Source of the DNA: an uncultured Alphaproteobacteria bacterium
GTDB taxonomy: Bacteria; Pseudomonadota; Alphaproteobacteria; Sphingomonadales; Sphingomonadaceae
Direction: 5' to 3'
Assembly (NCBI GenBank): GCA_963791765.1
Contig: CAWBTL010000005.1
Location: 302,235 to 366,234 of the forward strand
DNA: 64,000 nucleotides
This document shows positions 63,526 to 64,000 of the stretch, one piece after another. The notes beneath the pieces were generated by a model that ran no database searches, was not told the origin of the DNA, and saw nothing but the letters and a program-made list of their open reading frames with translations. How positions within the stretch are numbered: position 1 is the first letter of the stretch; every line of letters starts with the position of its first letter. The translations under genes and the position numbers were made by a program.

Positions 63526-64000
63526 ATGATGAGTGGACGCCTCGCAGGAAAAGTCGCGGTGGTTACCGGCGCGGGTTCGGGCATGGGCCGGGCGATGGTC
63601 CGCCAGTTCTGCGCGCAGGGGGCGAAAGTGCTCGCCGCCGATGTCTCGGGCAAGCAGGACGATCTGCCGGCGGAACTGGGCGCTGCCTGCATCGCCACCC
63701 ATGCCGATGTCTCCAAAAGCGCCGATGTCCGCGCGATGCTCGATCTTGCCGTGGAGCACTTCGGGCGGCTCGATGTGCTGTGCAACAATGCCGGCATCCA
63801 GGGTCAGATCGCCCCGACCGCCGAGCATGACGACGACGCCTTCGACGAAGTGATCGCGGTCAACCTGCGCGGGGTGTTCCTCGGCATGAAATACGCGATC
63901 CCGCTGATGCTGCGCACCGGCGGCGGATCGATCGTCAACACCTCGTCGATGGCCTCGCTGGTCGCTTTCACCGGGATGCCAGGATACTCGGCGTCAAAGG
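63526..64000 (+). CDS. SDR oxidoreductase, 3' truncated by window edge
   Basis: MMSGRLAGKVAVVTGAGSGMG...LCNNAGI; frame open to the end of the window. Confidence 0.88.
   Translation, partial: MMSGRLAGKVAVVTGAGSGMGRAMVRQFCAQGAKVLAADVSGKQDDLPAELGAACIATHADVSKSADVRAMLDLAVEHFGRLDVLCNNAGIQGQIAPTAEHDDDAFDEVIAVNLRGVFLGMKYAIPLMLRTGGGSIVNTSSMASLVAFTGMPGYSASK

Overview
High-GC alphaproteobacterial chromosome segment; gene content suggests Sphingomonadaceae, Novosphingobium-like (inference). Bases 1-808 hold the 3' part of a tyrosine integrase abutting tRNA-Glu, the edge of an integrated element lying left of the window. Bases 0.9-17.9 kb are mostly core genes (recJ, leuA with a Leu-rich leader peptide, ilvB-ilvN-ilvC, miaA, serB, an epoxide hydrolase) plus a lower-GC islet (RelE/HigB-HigA toxin-antitoxin pair and a DUF4238-like gene). 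From a vapBC pair at about 18 kb to beyond the right edge runs a >45 kb catabolic cluster: 2 P450s, a Rieske oxygenase, 2 Baeyer-Villiger monooxygenases, a 6-oxocamphor-hydrolase-like crotonase, 3 acyl-CoA synthetases, an acyl-CoA dehydrogenase, thiolase-fold proteins with a DUF35 partner, MaoC-like proteins, a CoA transferase, 6 SDRs, a TonB-dependent receptor, a porin, 3 TetR and 1 MarR regulators. It also has three duplicated, poorly understood modules: APH kinase plus small helical partner, amidohydrolase-fold plus DUF59, and a P450-adjacent beta-barrel protein. Two palindromic operator families are visible directly in the DNA. Intergenic regions carry several REP/MITE-like repeat families in mosaic arrangements. 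Roughly 20 apparent frameshifts, concentrated at 40-54.5 kb and including leuA, most likely reflect sequencing error. All product calls come from motif recognition, not database searches.
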